Assembly (NCBI GenBank): GCA_965198355.1 | Contig: CBDAPI010000015.1 | Location: 33,965-97,964 of the forward strand | Length of the DNA stretch: 64,000 bases | Origin: Acidobacteriota bacterium | GTDB lineage: Bacteria; Acidobacteriota; UBA6911; RPQK01; CBDAPI01 | Direction: 5' to 3' | Shown: piece by piece, positions 1 to 8,709 of the stretch | Numbering within the stretch: position 1 is the first letter of the stretch | Layout of the letters: the number at the start of each line of letters is the position of its first letter | The notes under the pieces: generated by a model | The model's database searches: none | Seen by the model: only the letters and a program-made list of their open reading frames with translations | What the model was told of the DNA's origin: nothing | Position numbers and translations under genes: made by a program

Positions 1-169
1 CTTGGCCCAATGAGGGTGCCGCCTGGTAGCCCGGATAGAGCGAAGCGACGACCTCTAGGAAAGCGACTCCATAGCTTGTCCAGATCAGGTTCGCCAAGCC
101 GGTTAATAGGATACTCCCGCCCCAGCAGATCGCAGTGGTAAATGCCAATGCCTTGATGTTGAAACGCAT
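1..169 (-). CDS. small hydrophobic membrane protein, N-terminal part (runs off window start)
   Basis: Minus-strand ATG at 167-169 with AGGAGG 5 nt upstream (cctcct 175-180 on +). Translation MRFNIKALAFTTAICWGGSILLTGLANLIWTSYGVAFLEVVASLYPGY is hydrophobic. Partial, so absent from the ORF track. Confidence 0.4.
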   Translation of the reverse strand, partial: MRFNIKALAFTTAICWGGSILLTGLANLIWTSYGVAFLEVVASLYPGYQAAPSLGQ

Positions 170-380
170 AACAGCCTCCTTACAGCCATTGTAGGCGGCA
201 GGGTCTTACGAGGAAACTCCGTGACAAACTCTGGGTCAGGTGCGAGTGTTCCAAAGGTCGCGACGCCGGGCTAGCTAGACCCCATAATCTGCTGGGCGTA
301 TTATCTGGAAGCAAAGCGCAGAAAACGGACTTATCTGGAAACCAGATAGTCAATAGTCATGCCGCTGAACGCGCTACTCG

Positions 381-872
381 ATGAGCACAACAAACATTGA
401 AACGAGCAACCTCACACTGGTTCTCCAGTCACTCGAAGATATCCTCGCGCTAATCGACGGCATGACACCTTCCGAAAAGACGGAGTTGTCAGCCGATTGG
501 TTGGCGCTTGTTGACTCGGCCACATCGGCAAATCCATGGATACATGGATTCGCGTTGGTACAACAGGCAGACAATGCCGTCGTCGGCAATTGTGGCTTCA
601 AGGGTCCGCCAACACCCGACGGCGTTGTCGAGATCGCCTATGGCGTCGCCCCCGATTATCAGGGCAACGGATACGCCACAGAAGCGGCACAAGCATTGGT
701 CTCCTACGCTTTCAGCAACAGCAAGGTTCGGGTCGTCCGGGCACACACTCTCCCGGAAGCGAACGCCTCAACGGGCGTCTTGACCAAATGTGGCTTCAAA
801 CAAGTCGGAGAGGTTATGGATCCGGACGATGGTCTGGTATGGAGATGGGAGAAACACGACGAAGCGGCATAA
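381..872 (+). CDS. GNAT family N-acetyltransferase (RimJ/RimL-like)
   Basis: 163-aa ORF. VVGNCGFKGPPTPDGVVEIAYGVAPDYQGNGYATEAAQALVSYAF...TGVLTKCGFKQVGE is the GNAT acetyl-CoA binding core. Confidence 0.85.
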   Translation: MSTTNIETSNLTLVLQSLEDILALIDGMTPSEKTELSADWLALVDSATSANPWIHGFALVQQADNAVVGNCGFKGPPTPDGVVEIAYGVAPDYQGNGYATEAAQALVSYAFSNSKVRVVRAHTLPEANASTGVLTKCGFKQVGEVMDPDDGLVWRWEKHDEAA

Positions 873-997
873 CAAGGCGTTCCTCCGGAGCACGCTAGTC
901 TTTCCGCTTTTCAACGTCTTCTCCTTCGCTTAAGATTTTCGATTGTCCAATGTTTATTCGCATTGGGCTGCGTGCCCGGTGAACTTGGTCGTTATGT
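869..997 (+). other. attC-like recombination site (long, about 129 bp)
   Basis: ATAAC (869-873, contains the GNAT stop) pairs with GTTAT (991-995). After 5-6 unpaired nt, GTTCCTCCGGAGCACGC (879-895) pairs with GCGTGCCCGGTGAAC (970-984) with bulged bases. Variable centre of 74 nt. Confidence 0.5.
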
Positions 998-1215
998 CAA
1001 TAGCGAGTCAGCCTATGCTGAATGGCAGAAAAAAGTCCAAAACCGAAAAAGGAGATTACAATGACAGCATACATAATTGCATTTGTTCGATTTCAAGACC
1101 TCGAAGCCTATAACCGTGAGTATCTCGCGGCCGCACACCCCATAGTAACAAGACATGGGGGCACAGCCTTAGTTGTTTCGGAGAATATAAGAGTCTTAGA
1201 GGGAACATTTCCTAG

Positions 1216-2866
1216 CCCGGATTATGCAAAAACCGTAGTCCGGTGTTGAAAAACGAGTCGAGAAGTGGCCCAACTCGGAAGCGGGCAGGTGTGACAGGCG
1301 GATTTGCGAAGAATATCGGTTGGGGAGGCGTTTGAGTGGTTGGGGGAGTGAATTTCAGACAGATCTGGGCCTGGATGAGTATCGGAAGCGGTTTTTTGGG
1401 GAACTGGGAGAAGCTAGCTGGAGTTGAGGCGACTCAAGACGAGGTGGAAGAGGGGTTGTTCGGGAAAGGCTGAGGAAAGATGGACCCAGATGCGTCGAGT
1501 GGTTTGTCGGATGCGGGCCCCGATCTTGAGGACACGACGACGTAAGGTTTCGATTTCGAGCTTGTGCCAGGGAGTCCCGTGCAGATAGTCGCGGAGGCGC
1601 ACGAACATCTGGTAAGCCAGTGCATGCAGGAGGAGTCGAAACTGATTGGCCAGGAATCGATGACAGCTGAGTCGGTCCATGCTCAGATGATTCTTAAAGG
1701 CCTTGATGAAGTTCTCGGTCTGCCCTCGGTTTGTATAGTGGTCATAAAGTGATTGGGAGCAGAGATCGTCCCGGTTGGTGACCACAAAGCGACGATTGAT
1801 CCCGCGCTGATCGACCTCCACTTTGACAATGACGCGACGGGATCGATCCCAGCTCTTGGCTCGATAAAGAAACTCGTCAAACTGACGCTGTTTTTCCTCC
1901 AGCTCAACGAACTGCAGCCGAGTCGAATCCAGCAGCGGCTCGACCACTCGCTGCAGGCGAGGGTTTCGACTTAACCCAATGACATATTGGAGTTGATTCT
2001 CTTCACCTTCACAGAACTCGTAGAGCCGAGGCGTGGCAAAGCCGCTGTCGGCCCGAATCTCAATCTCGACATCCGTCCCCACTCCTTGTCGGATGGCCTC
2101 CACGACTCGCTTCAGAATGGGCACGATGTGAGAGGCAGCCCCCTTGTTGCCAGGTCTCAACACGACACACACCAGGTCGCCCGTGTCGGCATCGAAGATC
2201 AGCAAAGGATACAGAATGTGGTTTCGGTAATACCCATGGTAGAAGGAGAACTCCTGCTGACCGTGAGTGTGGTCGTCGGTACTGTCCAGATCCAGGATGA
2301 TCTTGCTGGGACGTCTCTTCTTCAGGGAGCGCACATAACGGCCTAGCAGCCACTGGCTCAGACGCATCAGATCCTTCTTGGTGACGGAGTTCTCCAAACG
2401 GGAGAAAGTCGGCTGGGTGGCCAAATCGGGATCGCTCTCGGGCAACTGATCACAGACTGTCTTGAGCATCGGATCGGAGCGCAGCGTATCGGCGTCATTA
2501 CAGTCTTCGTAGCCGGCCACGATCTGCAAGACTCGTTGTCGAATCAACTTCAACAGGTCATGACGAACGTAGCGTCGGTCCCGGCTTTCCGAAATACACG
2601 AACTGAAGCCCTCGCACAACCGATGTTGCCGATCCAGCGATCCAAACAACAACCATCCTGCGTCGGAAGTCAGACTCCCCCCATCAAAACGCGCCGTGAT
2701 CTTTCGGTGGCTGTGAAATAGCAGGGTATTCTGGCAGACTGCTTTCAACATTGCCGTAGCTCCTGTTTAGGGTCGTTGTTTATGTAAACCCTTTTATATC
2801 AGAGAGCTACGGCTTTTTTTCTGGACCCAAATCTCACTCGGATTCAGATCTCTTGCATAATCCGGG
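1216..2866 (-). mobile_element. IS1380-family insertion sequence, copy 1 (divergent subtype)
   Basis: Inverted ends CCCGGATTATGCAA / TTGCATAATCCGGG. CTAG on both flanks (1212-1215, 2867-2870). 1651 bp with a single DDE ORF. Confidence 0.85.
1414..2751 (-). CDS. IS1380-family DDE transposase
   Basis: 445 aa. FYHGYYRNHILYPLLIFD, ADSGF and the Y(2)R(3)E(6)K signature YTNRGQTENFIKAFK. Five further near-identical copies in the window. Confidence 0.85.
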   Translation of the reverse strand: MLKAVCQNTLLFHSHRKITARFDGGSLTSDAGWLLFGSLDRQHRLCEGFSSCISESRDRRYVRHDLLKLIRQRVLQIVAGYEDCNDADTLRSDPMLKTVCDQLPESDPDLATQPTFSRLENSVTKKDLMRLSQWLLGRYVRSLKKRRPSKIILDLDSTDDHTHGQQEFSFYHGYYRNHILYPLLIFDADTGDLVCVVLRPGNKGAASHIVPILKRVVEAIRQGVGTDVEIEIRADSGFATPRLYEFCEGEENQLQYVIGLSRNPRLQRVVEPLLDSTRLQFVELEEKQRQFDEFLYRAKSWDRSRRVIVKVEVDQRGINRRFVVTNRDDLCSQSLYDHYTNRGQTENFIKAFKNHLSMDRLSCHRFLANQFRLLLHALAYQMFVRLRDYLHGTPWHKLEIETLRRRVLKIGARIRQTTRRIWVHLSSAFPEQPLFHLVLSRLNSS

Positions 2867-3051
2867 CTAGAGGTCGAGTTGTAATTGTAGAGTTCCCGTC
2901 TATGAAGCATGCAGAATCTTTCTACGCTGATCCAGATTACCAACCGTTGATAGAAATACGAAATAAATATACACAATCGGACAGCGCGATTGTTGAAAAG
3001 GGTTTCGACCCTGCTGACCTATAATTCATTGCTTTCGGCAGGACAAGAGAC

Positions 3052-3110
3052 ATAACGAGCCAAATGCAGCAGACGGGGCTTCGCCCCGCAACTGATTTGC
3101 GGCGTTAACG
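3052..3110 (+). other. attC-like recombination site (59 bp)
   Basis: ATAAC (3052-3056) ... AAATgCAG (3062-3069) / CTGATTT (3092-3098) with one extrahelical G ... CGGGG cttcg CCCCG (3074-3088) ... GTTAACG (3104-3110). Lies 28 nt after the DUF1330 stop. Confidence 0.55.
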
Positions 3111-3177
3111 ACTTCATCATCTGTCGCATAGTAGAGGGAGTCTCTATGTGGCAGATACCGCCTTCCATATCTAAAGG

Positions 3178-3618
3178 ATGAACACCATGGCCATGAAATC
3201 CGTCGGAAAGAACATCTTGGCAGTAATTGCCGGTGTTGTCGTAGGCAGTTTCGTCAATATCGTACTCGTCAACGTTGGGCCGTCCGTAGTTCCGCTTCCT
3301 GAGGGTGCTGACGTTTCAACAATGGAGAGCCTGCGTGACAGCATGAAGTTGTTTACTCCCGTGAACTTTATTTTTCCGTTCGTGGGTCACGCACTCGGAA
3401 CGCTCGTTGGAGCCTTCGTTGCTGCTAAGTTTACGGCAAGCCACCACGTGAAGTTTGCAATTGGCATTGGAGTGTTTTTCTTGGTGGGTGGCGTTGCCGC
3501 GATCAGCATGCTCGGAGGCCCAATGTGGTTCAACATCGCCGATCTTCTGCTAGCGTACATCCCAATGGCTTTCCTCGGAGCTACTCTTGCCGGTAGAACA
3601 CAATCCAAAACGGCATAA
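3178..3618 (+). CDS. hypothetical integral membrane protein
   Basis: 146-aa ORF with about 4 hydrophobic helices (ILAVIAGVVVGSFVNIVLV, GTLVGAFVAAKF, GIGVFFLVGGVAAISML, LLLAYIPMAFLGATLA). Stop codon embedded in GGCATAACAAAGC. Confidence 0.6.
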   Translation: MNTMAMKSVGKNILAVIAGVVVGSFVNIVLVNVGPSVVPLPEGADVSTMESLRDSMKLFTPVNFIFPFVGHALGTLVGAFVAAKFTASHHVKFAIGIGVFFLVGGVAAISMLGGPMWFNIADLLLAYIPMAFLGATLAGRTQSKTA

Positions 3619-3651
3619 CAAAGCATTGCACCCGAGCGGCGAATCGGGCGG
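3615..3651 (+). other. truncated attC-like site (left half only)
   Basis: cggcATAACAAAGCATTGCACCCG closely resembles cggcATAACAAGGCGTTCC at 865-883. The right arm and a GTTRRRY box are missing, and the sequence runs into a gene fragment. Confidence 0.35.
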
Positions 3652-3666
3652 GTGGAGTCGGATCAG

Positions 3667-3777
3667 CCTCTGGTGGCGGTGACGCTCAGGCAGAATGATG
3701 CTCCGGGTCAGGACTTTCCGGACGAAGTCCCGACACTGACGACTTTCCCGGTGATTCCAGGACGGCCGGGACAGTAA
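3667..3777 (+). pseudogene. 3'-terminal relic (36 codons) of a paralog of the secreted-protein C-terminal module
   Basis: PLVAVTLRQNDAPGQDFPDEVPTLTTFPVIPGRPGQ* versus PLVAVTLRQNDDPAVDFPEEVPTLTTFPVIPPLENP* at 20816-20927. No upstream coding part. Confidence 0.7.
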
Positions 3778-4062
3778 TTCCATCAGGCTCACCAATTCAC
3801 CGGCACGTAAATCTCATGCCTCTTGATGGTGACATCGACAGCCCTTTTCAAACGGCGCCACTGCCAAACCGGCCTCGGTACCCGGATGATCGACCTGGGA
3901 GCCTGATCCGGGTAAAGCCCTCGGGCAAGGTTGCCGCCACGATGGTACGGACCCGGCCCAGGCAGTTTGCCACGATGCCCGTGGCGGCACTGTAGACCCG
4001 GCTGGGATTACTCCGAGTGTCCTCAGGTCCAAAAACGGCCGCGCCAGCAGAGGATCCTTACC

Positions 4063-4473
4063 TCACTTCCTGCCCAGCACCGCGGCGATGACGACGCCAC
4101 CGATTCCAGTACGCACGATCTCAAGCAATGGATCGACGATGGTCGCCGTGAGATTCCAGACGTTCGTGACTCCGTAGTGGATGAAGTCCACGCCGAACCA
4201 AACCAGGAAGCCCACGATCGCGCCAGTCTTGAAGCCTTGTCCGATCGTCGAGGAACCACCCCGGCTCCCGACCGCAAGCGTGACGAGGGCGGCCAGCGAG
4301 AAGGTCCCCAATGCAATAGCCCAGACCAAATCGGTTTCGCGCTCCACGCCCGTCGCCGACCCCGCGTTCGCGGCGAAGAAGTCGGCCAAGGCCACAACCC
4401 AGATGAGGTAGCCTACCAATTGCATCGTGATGCCCCCGACGAGCGTTCCAATCACAAATCGCTTCGTGTCCAT
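4063..4473 (-). CDS. hypothetical membrane protein
   Basis: Start taken at MDTKRFVIG, with GGAGGAGG upstream. Four predicted TM helices. The longer 153-aa ORF start is less likely. Confidence 0.6.
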   Translation of the reverse strand: MDTKRFVIGTLVGGITMQLVGYLIWVVALADFFAANAGSATGVERETDLVWAIALGTFSLAALVTLAVGSRGGSSTIGQGFKTGAIVGFLVWFGVDFIHYGVTNVWNLTATIVDPLLEIVRTGIGGVVIAAVLGRK

Positions 4474-4883
4474 CTGATTCCACCTCCTCCTCAGAAGTTG
4501 ATAGCCCTCCCGGGCGACGAGCAAACCACCACCCGTTCATTCAAGGGCCGTTTAACAATGTTGATGCTGATTAGCCCTAGTATCCGAGTTGTCAGCATAG
4601 AGACGCAAGCAGGAATCGGTGACAGGTCAACCGTAATGAGCTAAGTGGCAAGGAGTCCCGTTGAACATGCCCTTGGCGACTCGAAGCCGTATTCCAGCCA
4701 ACTCCAGCCAACGGTAGCGGTCCTGAGGCAACGGGTTGGGCAGAATTGTCTTCCTGCCTCGCTGGCGTTAGGATGGGAGCATAGCAACAAGCACATTTTG
4801 ACCAGCCTCGGCAGACAATGCCGATGTGGAAGGAGACCTTCGACCGTGACTCGTCTTCCCGAGGTTGAGCCAGTGAGGTCGCG

Positions 4884-6161
4884 ATGATCGGCCAGACCAT
4901 CTCTCATTACCGCATTTCCGAAAAGATCGGGCAGGGTGGAATGGGTGAGGTGTACCGGGCCACCGACACCAGGCTGAACCGGGAAGTGGCCCTGAAGGTG
5001 CTGCCGGAAGCCTTTGCCGATGATCCCCAGAGAATGGGTCGATTCAGCCGCGAGGCGCAGGTCCTGGCCTCTTTCAGTCACCCCAACATTGCCGCCATTC
5101 ACGGCCTGGAGGAAGCCGACGGCAAGCGAGCACTGGTGATGGAACTGGTGGAAGGTGAAGACCTCTCGGAGCGGATCGCCCGGGGTGCGATTCCGCTGGA
5201 GGAAGCCCTTCCCATTGCCCTGCAGATTGCCGAGGCGCTGGAAGCCGCCCACGAGAAGGGGATCATCCATCGAGACCTGAAGCCTGCCAATATCAAGATC
5301 ACGCCGGAAGGAAACGTGAAGGTCCTGGACTTTGGCCTGGCCAAGGCACTGGAGCAGGAGCGAACGCCGAAAGAGATCGCCAACTCCCCGACCTTGACCA
5401 TGCAGGCCACCCAGGCGGGGATCATCTTGGGTACTGCTGCATATATGAGTCCGGAGCAGGCGCGAGGCAAGCCGGTGGACAAACGAGCCGACATCTGGGC
5501 CTTCGGCTGCGTGCTCTATGAGATGCTGTGCAGCAATCGAGCCTTTCAAGGCGAGGATGCCTCCGACACCATGGCTGCCGTGCTCCGTGCCGAGGTGGAC
5601 AACGATAGGCTGCCTTCACAGATCCCCCCTTCGATCCGGCGACTGTTGCGAAGATGCCTGGTCAAGGATCCGCATCAACGCATTCACGATATCGCTGATG
5701 TCCGAATTGAGATCCAGTCGGTGCGAGCAGACGACGAGTCCGGCCCGTTGGATCGCGCAGAGCAGCCACCTGCGCTCGGTTTGAATTGGAAAACTGTTCT
5801 GACGCACGCCCTGGCCCTGTTTCTCGGCGCCGTCGTGGCAGCCGTCTGGAGCGGCGCCATTTTTCGCCAGTCCCAGCCGCCCCCGAGCACGCGATTCGTC
5901 ATTCGCCCACCCGCAGAAGCGGGCACCTCTGAGCTGACGAGCCCGGTCGTGTCACCGGATGGACGGCATCTTCTGTACCTGGACGGGGGACGGCTGTTTC
6001 TCCACAGCTTTGATGAAATCGAAAGCCGTTTGCTGCCCTACTCGGGAGTGACCGGAGCGTTCTTTTCGTCCGATAGCAAGAGGATCGGCTTTTTTTCTGA
6101 AGGCTGGCTGAAACAGATGCCGAGATGGCCTACCCGTGGCCACAGCGCCCGCCTGGATTGA
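4884..6161 (+). CDS. Ser/Thr protein kinase, C-terminal beta-propeller lost
   Basis: GQGGMGEVYRA, VALKVL, HRDLKPANI, DFGLAK, APE motif (YMSPEQ). One TM helix (LTHALALFLGAVVAAVW). The PD40-like tail breaks off after FFSEGWLKQM at about 6118. Confidence 0.85.
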   Translation: MIGQTISHYRISEKIGQGGMGEVYRATDTRLNREVALKVLPEAFADDPQRMGRFSREAQVLASFSHPNIAAIHGLEEADGKRALVMELVEGEDLSERIARGAIPLEEALPIALQIAEALEAAHEKGIIHRDLKPANIKITPEGNVKVLDFGLAKALEQERTPKEIANSPTLTMQATQAGIILGTAAYMSPEQARGKPVDKRADIWAFGCVLYEMLCSNRAFQGEDASDTMAAVLRAEVDNDRLPSQIPPSIRRLLRRCLVKDPHQRIHDIADVRIEIQSVRADDESGPLDRAEQPPALGLNWKTVLTHALALFLGAVVAAVWSGAIFRQSQPPPSTRFVIRPPAEAGTSELTSPVVSPDGRHLLYLDGGRLFLHSFDEIESRLLPYSGVTGAFFSSDSKRIGFFSEGWLKQMPRWPTRGHSARLD

Positions 6162-6421
6162 TCGAGGAAGCATTCCGGGAACTGGCCAGACGATGGCGTC
6201 CGCTGCTAGATCTTGCCGAGGAGGTAGGTTGCGTGCTCGGCTTTGAACTGCACCCGGGCTCGGACCTCTTTGACGGCGCCACCTTCGAGATGTTTCTGGA
6301 ACACACCGAGGGCCATTCGGCAGCCTGTGTCAACTACGATCCCAGTCATCTCTTGCTCCAGCAACTCGACTATCTGAACTTCATCGAGCTGTACGGCGAT
6401 CGCATTGCAGGCTTCCACGTC
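6125..6421 (+). pseudogene. fragment of a xylose-isomerase-like TIM-barrel (sugar phosphate isomerase/epimerase) gene
   Basis: YPWPQRPPGLIEEAFRELARRWRPLLDLAEEVGCVLGFELHPGSD...NYDPSHLLLQQLDYLNFIELYGDRIAGFHV is only the C-terminal third of that fold. Fused in frame to an unrelated GT sequence. Confidence 0.6.
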
Positions 6422-7442
6422 CGTGAAGACTATGCTTCCCGGTCACTCGAGCTCTCGTTTGAGGAGACTCGGAAGCTCCGACAGGAGATCATCTACCAGA
6501 GCACGGTGAATTACGCACCGGACTTCCTGTTTGTTGACACGGTCCCCTGCGGGTTGCGCGGCGAGATGCTGAAAACGCTGCGCTACATCCGAAAATCCCT
6601 CCCCGGGACACGCGTCTTCCTGGTCCTGCGCGACATTCTGGACGATCCGTCCCTGCTCATCCCGGCCTGGAAAGAACTGGGTGCTTTTCAGGCACTCGAA
6701 GAGCACTATGACCGCATTTTCGTGTGCGGCCATCACTGGCTCTACGACCCCGTGAAGGAGTACGGATTTCCCGCTTCGGTGCGCTCCAGAGTTGAGTTTT
6801 GCGGTTACCTGAAGAGGGGTTTCGATGAGGAGGTTTCCAAATCTGTACGGGAAGAACTCGCCTCGGACGGACAAAAACTGGTGGTAGTGACTGTCGGAGG
6901 AGGTGCTGATGGGGAGCAACTGGTCGGATCCTTCTTGCAGTCGCTCGAGAAGGTTCGCCGGAAGGTGCCCGTCAACGCTGTTCTTCTGCTGGGTCCGGAA
7001 ATGGCCCCCGGCCCGGTCGCTGTTTGCTTCGGCGCATCGCGACCCCGGGACGCGGGTTCTGGATTTCTCGGAGGACTCCAGTGCCTACATGGCGGCGGCC
7101 GACCTGATCGTATCGATGGGGGGATATAACACACTGAATGAGATCATCTGGTTAAGAAAGCCAGCCATCGTGACCCCGCGTGTACATCCTCGCCGTGAAC
7201 AGTTGATCCGCGCCGGCCGGATGGCGGACCTGGGGTTGCTTCAGATGATCCATCCGCGCGACCTGACGCCTGATCTCCTGGGGCAAAAGGTGCTGGCAGC
7301 ACTTTCCGCCCCGCCACAAATGCCCCTTGTTCCTGTTCGGTTCACAGCCGTTGAGAAGGTGGCTCGGGAAGTAGCGCGTTGCTTACTGGAAGATGGACGC
7401 TTCGAACGAAGGGTTTCCAGAGAGGTGTCAGTCCGTGGGTGA
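6422..7442 (+). pseudogene. glycosyltransferase (GT28/MGT-like), N-terminally truncated and frameshifted
   Basis: PDFLFVDTVPCGLRGEM...VLRDILDDP...VVVTVGGGADG, then a frame change at the C5 run 7005-7009 into ...DLIVSMGGYNTLNEI...PRVHPRREQLIRA (ORF 6903-7442). Confidence 0.65.
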
Positions 7443-7455
7443 TGCCCAGGGCAGA

Positions 7456-8709
7456 ATGAAAGTGGGCTATGTCTTGAAGGTCTTTCCCCGCCTCTCGGAG
7501 ACCTTTGTTCTCAACGAGATACTGGAACTGCAAAGGCAGGGCGTGGAGGTGGAGATCTTCTCGCTCAAGGCGCCCACCGAGCCCCGCTTCCATGCTCCCC
7601 TGGCTCAACTCGAGACGGATGTCACCTACCTGCCGCTCCCCAGACCGGGCGTGATCTGGCCGGCTATCCAGACCGAGTTCCAAACGATCGGGCTGGAAGC
7701 AGCTTCCATAGGAGAAGCCTTCCAACATTGTCTCCGCTCCGAAAACCCGGAAGAACTCAAGCATCTTCTGCAGGCCTTGCTGCTGGTGGCACACGTACGC
7801 AAGCGTGGGATCCAACACCTGCACGCCCATTTTGCAACTGCGGCAACACGGGTAACACTGCTGGCCCATCTTCTCTCCGGCCTGCAGTTCAGCTTCACGG
7901 CACACGCAAAGGACATTTACCATTGTCAGGCCGACCATTCACTAATCAGAGAGTCGCTGCAGCGTTGCAGATTTGCGGTGACTGTCACCGACTACAACGT
8001 GGCGCGACTGCAAGAACTGGCTCCCGATTCGATTCCCAAGATCCACCGTATTTATAACGGCACCCACCTGGATCTGTTCAGGCCTGTCGAGGACGCGCCG
8101 ATTGCTCTGCCTCTGATCGTGGGAGTGGGTCGTCTGGTCGAGAAAAAGGGGTTTTCTTTTCTGCTGGAGGCTTGCAGCCTGTTGCGAGACCGGGGCACCG
8201 AATTCCGGTGCAGAATCGTAGGTGGCGGTCATCAAAAACAGAAGCTTCTGAATCAGATTGACCAGCTGGAGCTGGGCGGGACGGTCTCTCTCGTCGGCGC
8301 CCGTTCCCATCAAGGAGTCATGGAGCAGCTGGGCCGGTGCCGGCTCGCTGTGCTTCCCTGCATCGTGGGCGAGGACGGCAACCGTGACGCCCTCCCAACG
8401 GTTCTTCTGGAGGCGATGGCGATGGGCAAGCCGGTCGTGTCAACAGACCTCGAGGGCATCGATGAGATCGTCGAGGACGGCAAGACGGGTCTTCTGGTTC
8501 CCCAGAGAGACAGAGCTTCTCTGGCTGAGGCATTGGAGAAGCTTCTCTCGGACAGGCCATTGGCCATTTCTCTGGGGAAAAGAGGAAGGGAGAAAGCCGA
8601 GCGACTGTTTGACCTGCGGCACAACGTAGGTCTTCTGCGAGGCCTGATTTCCTCAAGCCTTGCTCCGTCCTCCAGGAAACTCACCTCTGCCGTAGAAAAA
8701 TGCGTGTAG
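7456..8709 (+). CDS. glycosyltransferase family 4 (WcaL-like)
   Basis: Start at MKVGYVLKVFPRLSETFVLNEI. C-terminal GT1/GT4 core EDGNRDALPTVLLEAMAMGKPVVSTDLEGIDEIVEDGKTGLLV. Confidence 0.85.
   Translation: MKVGYVLKVFPRLSETFVLNEILELQRQGVEVEIFSLKAPTEPRFHAPLAQLETDVTYLPLPRPGVIWPAIQTEFQTIGLEAASIGEAFQHCLRSENPEELKHLLQALLLVAHVRKRGIQHLHAHFATAATRVTLLAHLLSGLQFSFTAHAKDIYHCQADHSLIRESLQRCRFAVTVTDYNVARLQELAPDSIPKIHRIYNGTHLDLFRPVEDAPIALPLIVGVGRLVEKKGFSFLLEACSLLRDRGTEFRCRIVGGGHQKQKLLNQIDQLELGGTVSLVGARSHQGVMEQLGRCRLAVLPCIVGEDGNRDALPTVLLEAMAMGKPVVSTDLEGIDEIVEDGKTGLLVPQRDRASLAEALEKLLSDRPLAISLGKRGREKAERLFDLRHNVGLLRGLISSSLAPSSRKLTSAVEKCV

Larger units (their letters stand above)
1061..3024 (+). pseudogene. DUF1330 domain protein gene interrupted by an IS1380-family element (segments 1061-1215 and 2871-3024)
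   Basis: RBS AAGGAG before ATG 1061. MTAYIIAFVRFQDLEAYNREYL...VLEGTFP continues in frame as RGRVVIVEFPSMKHAESFYADPDYQPLIEIRNKY...* once the IS plus one CTAG is removed. Confidence 0.85.

Noticed and set aside
265-278. GCCGGGCTAGCTAG resembling the IS1380 right end plus a doubled CTAG (as at 20575-20586), considered as an excision footprint
   Set aside because: Only 9 nt match the IS terminus. Matches of 13 nt are expected by chance at this window size, and no other IS-derived sequence is adjacent.
1022-1060. Longer N-terminus (MAEKSPKPKKEIT) for the DUF1330 gene
   Set aside because: The internal ATG at 1061 has a proper AAGGAG RBS and matches the usual DUF1330 start (MxAYxIA). The extension is lysine/proline-rich and unsupported.
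4545-4600. Hairpin ATGCTGA..22 nt..TCAGCAT next to GTTTAAC, considered as a minus-strand attC site for the 4063-4473 gene
   Set aside because: No partner ATAAC-type box and no second site downstream of that gene. The orientation is opposite to the cassette-like array at 1-3.6 kb.
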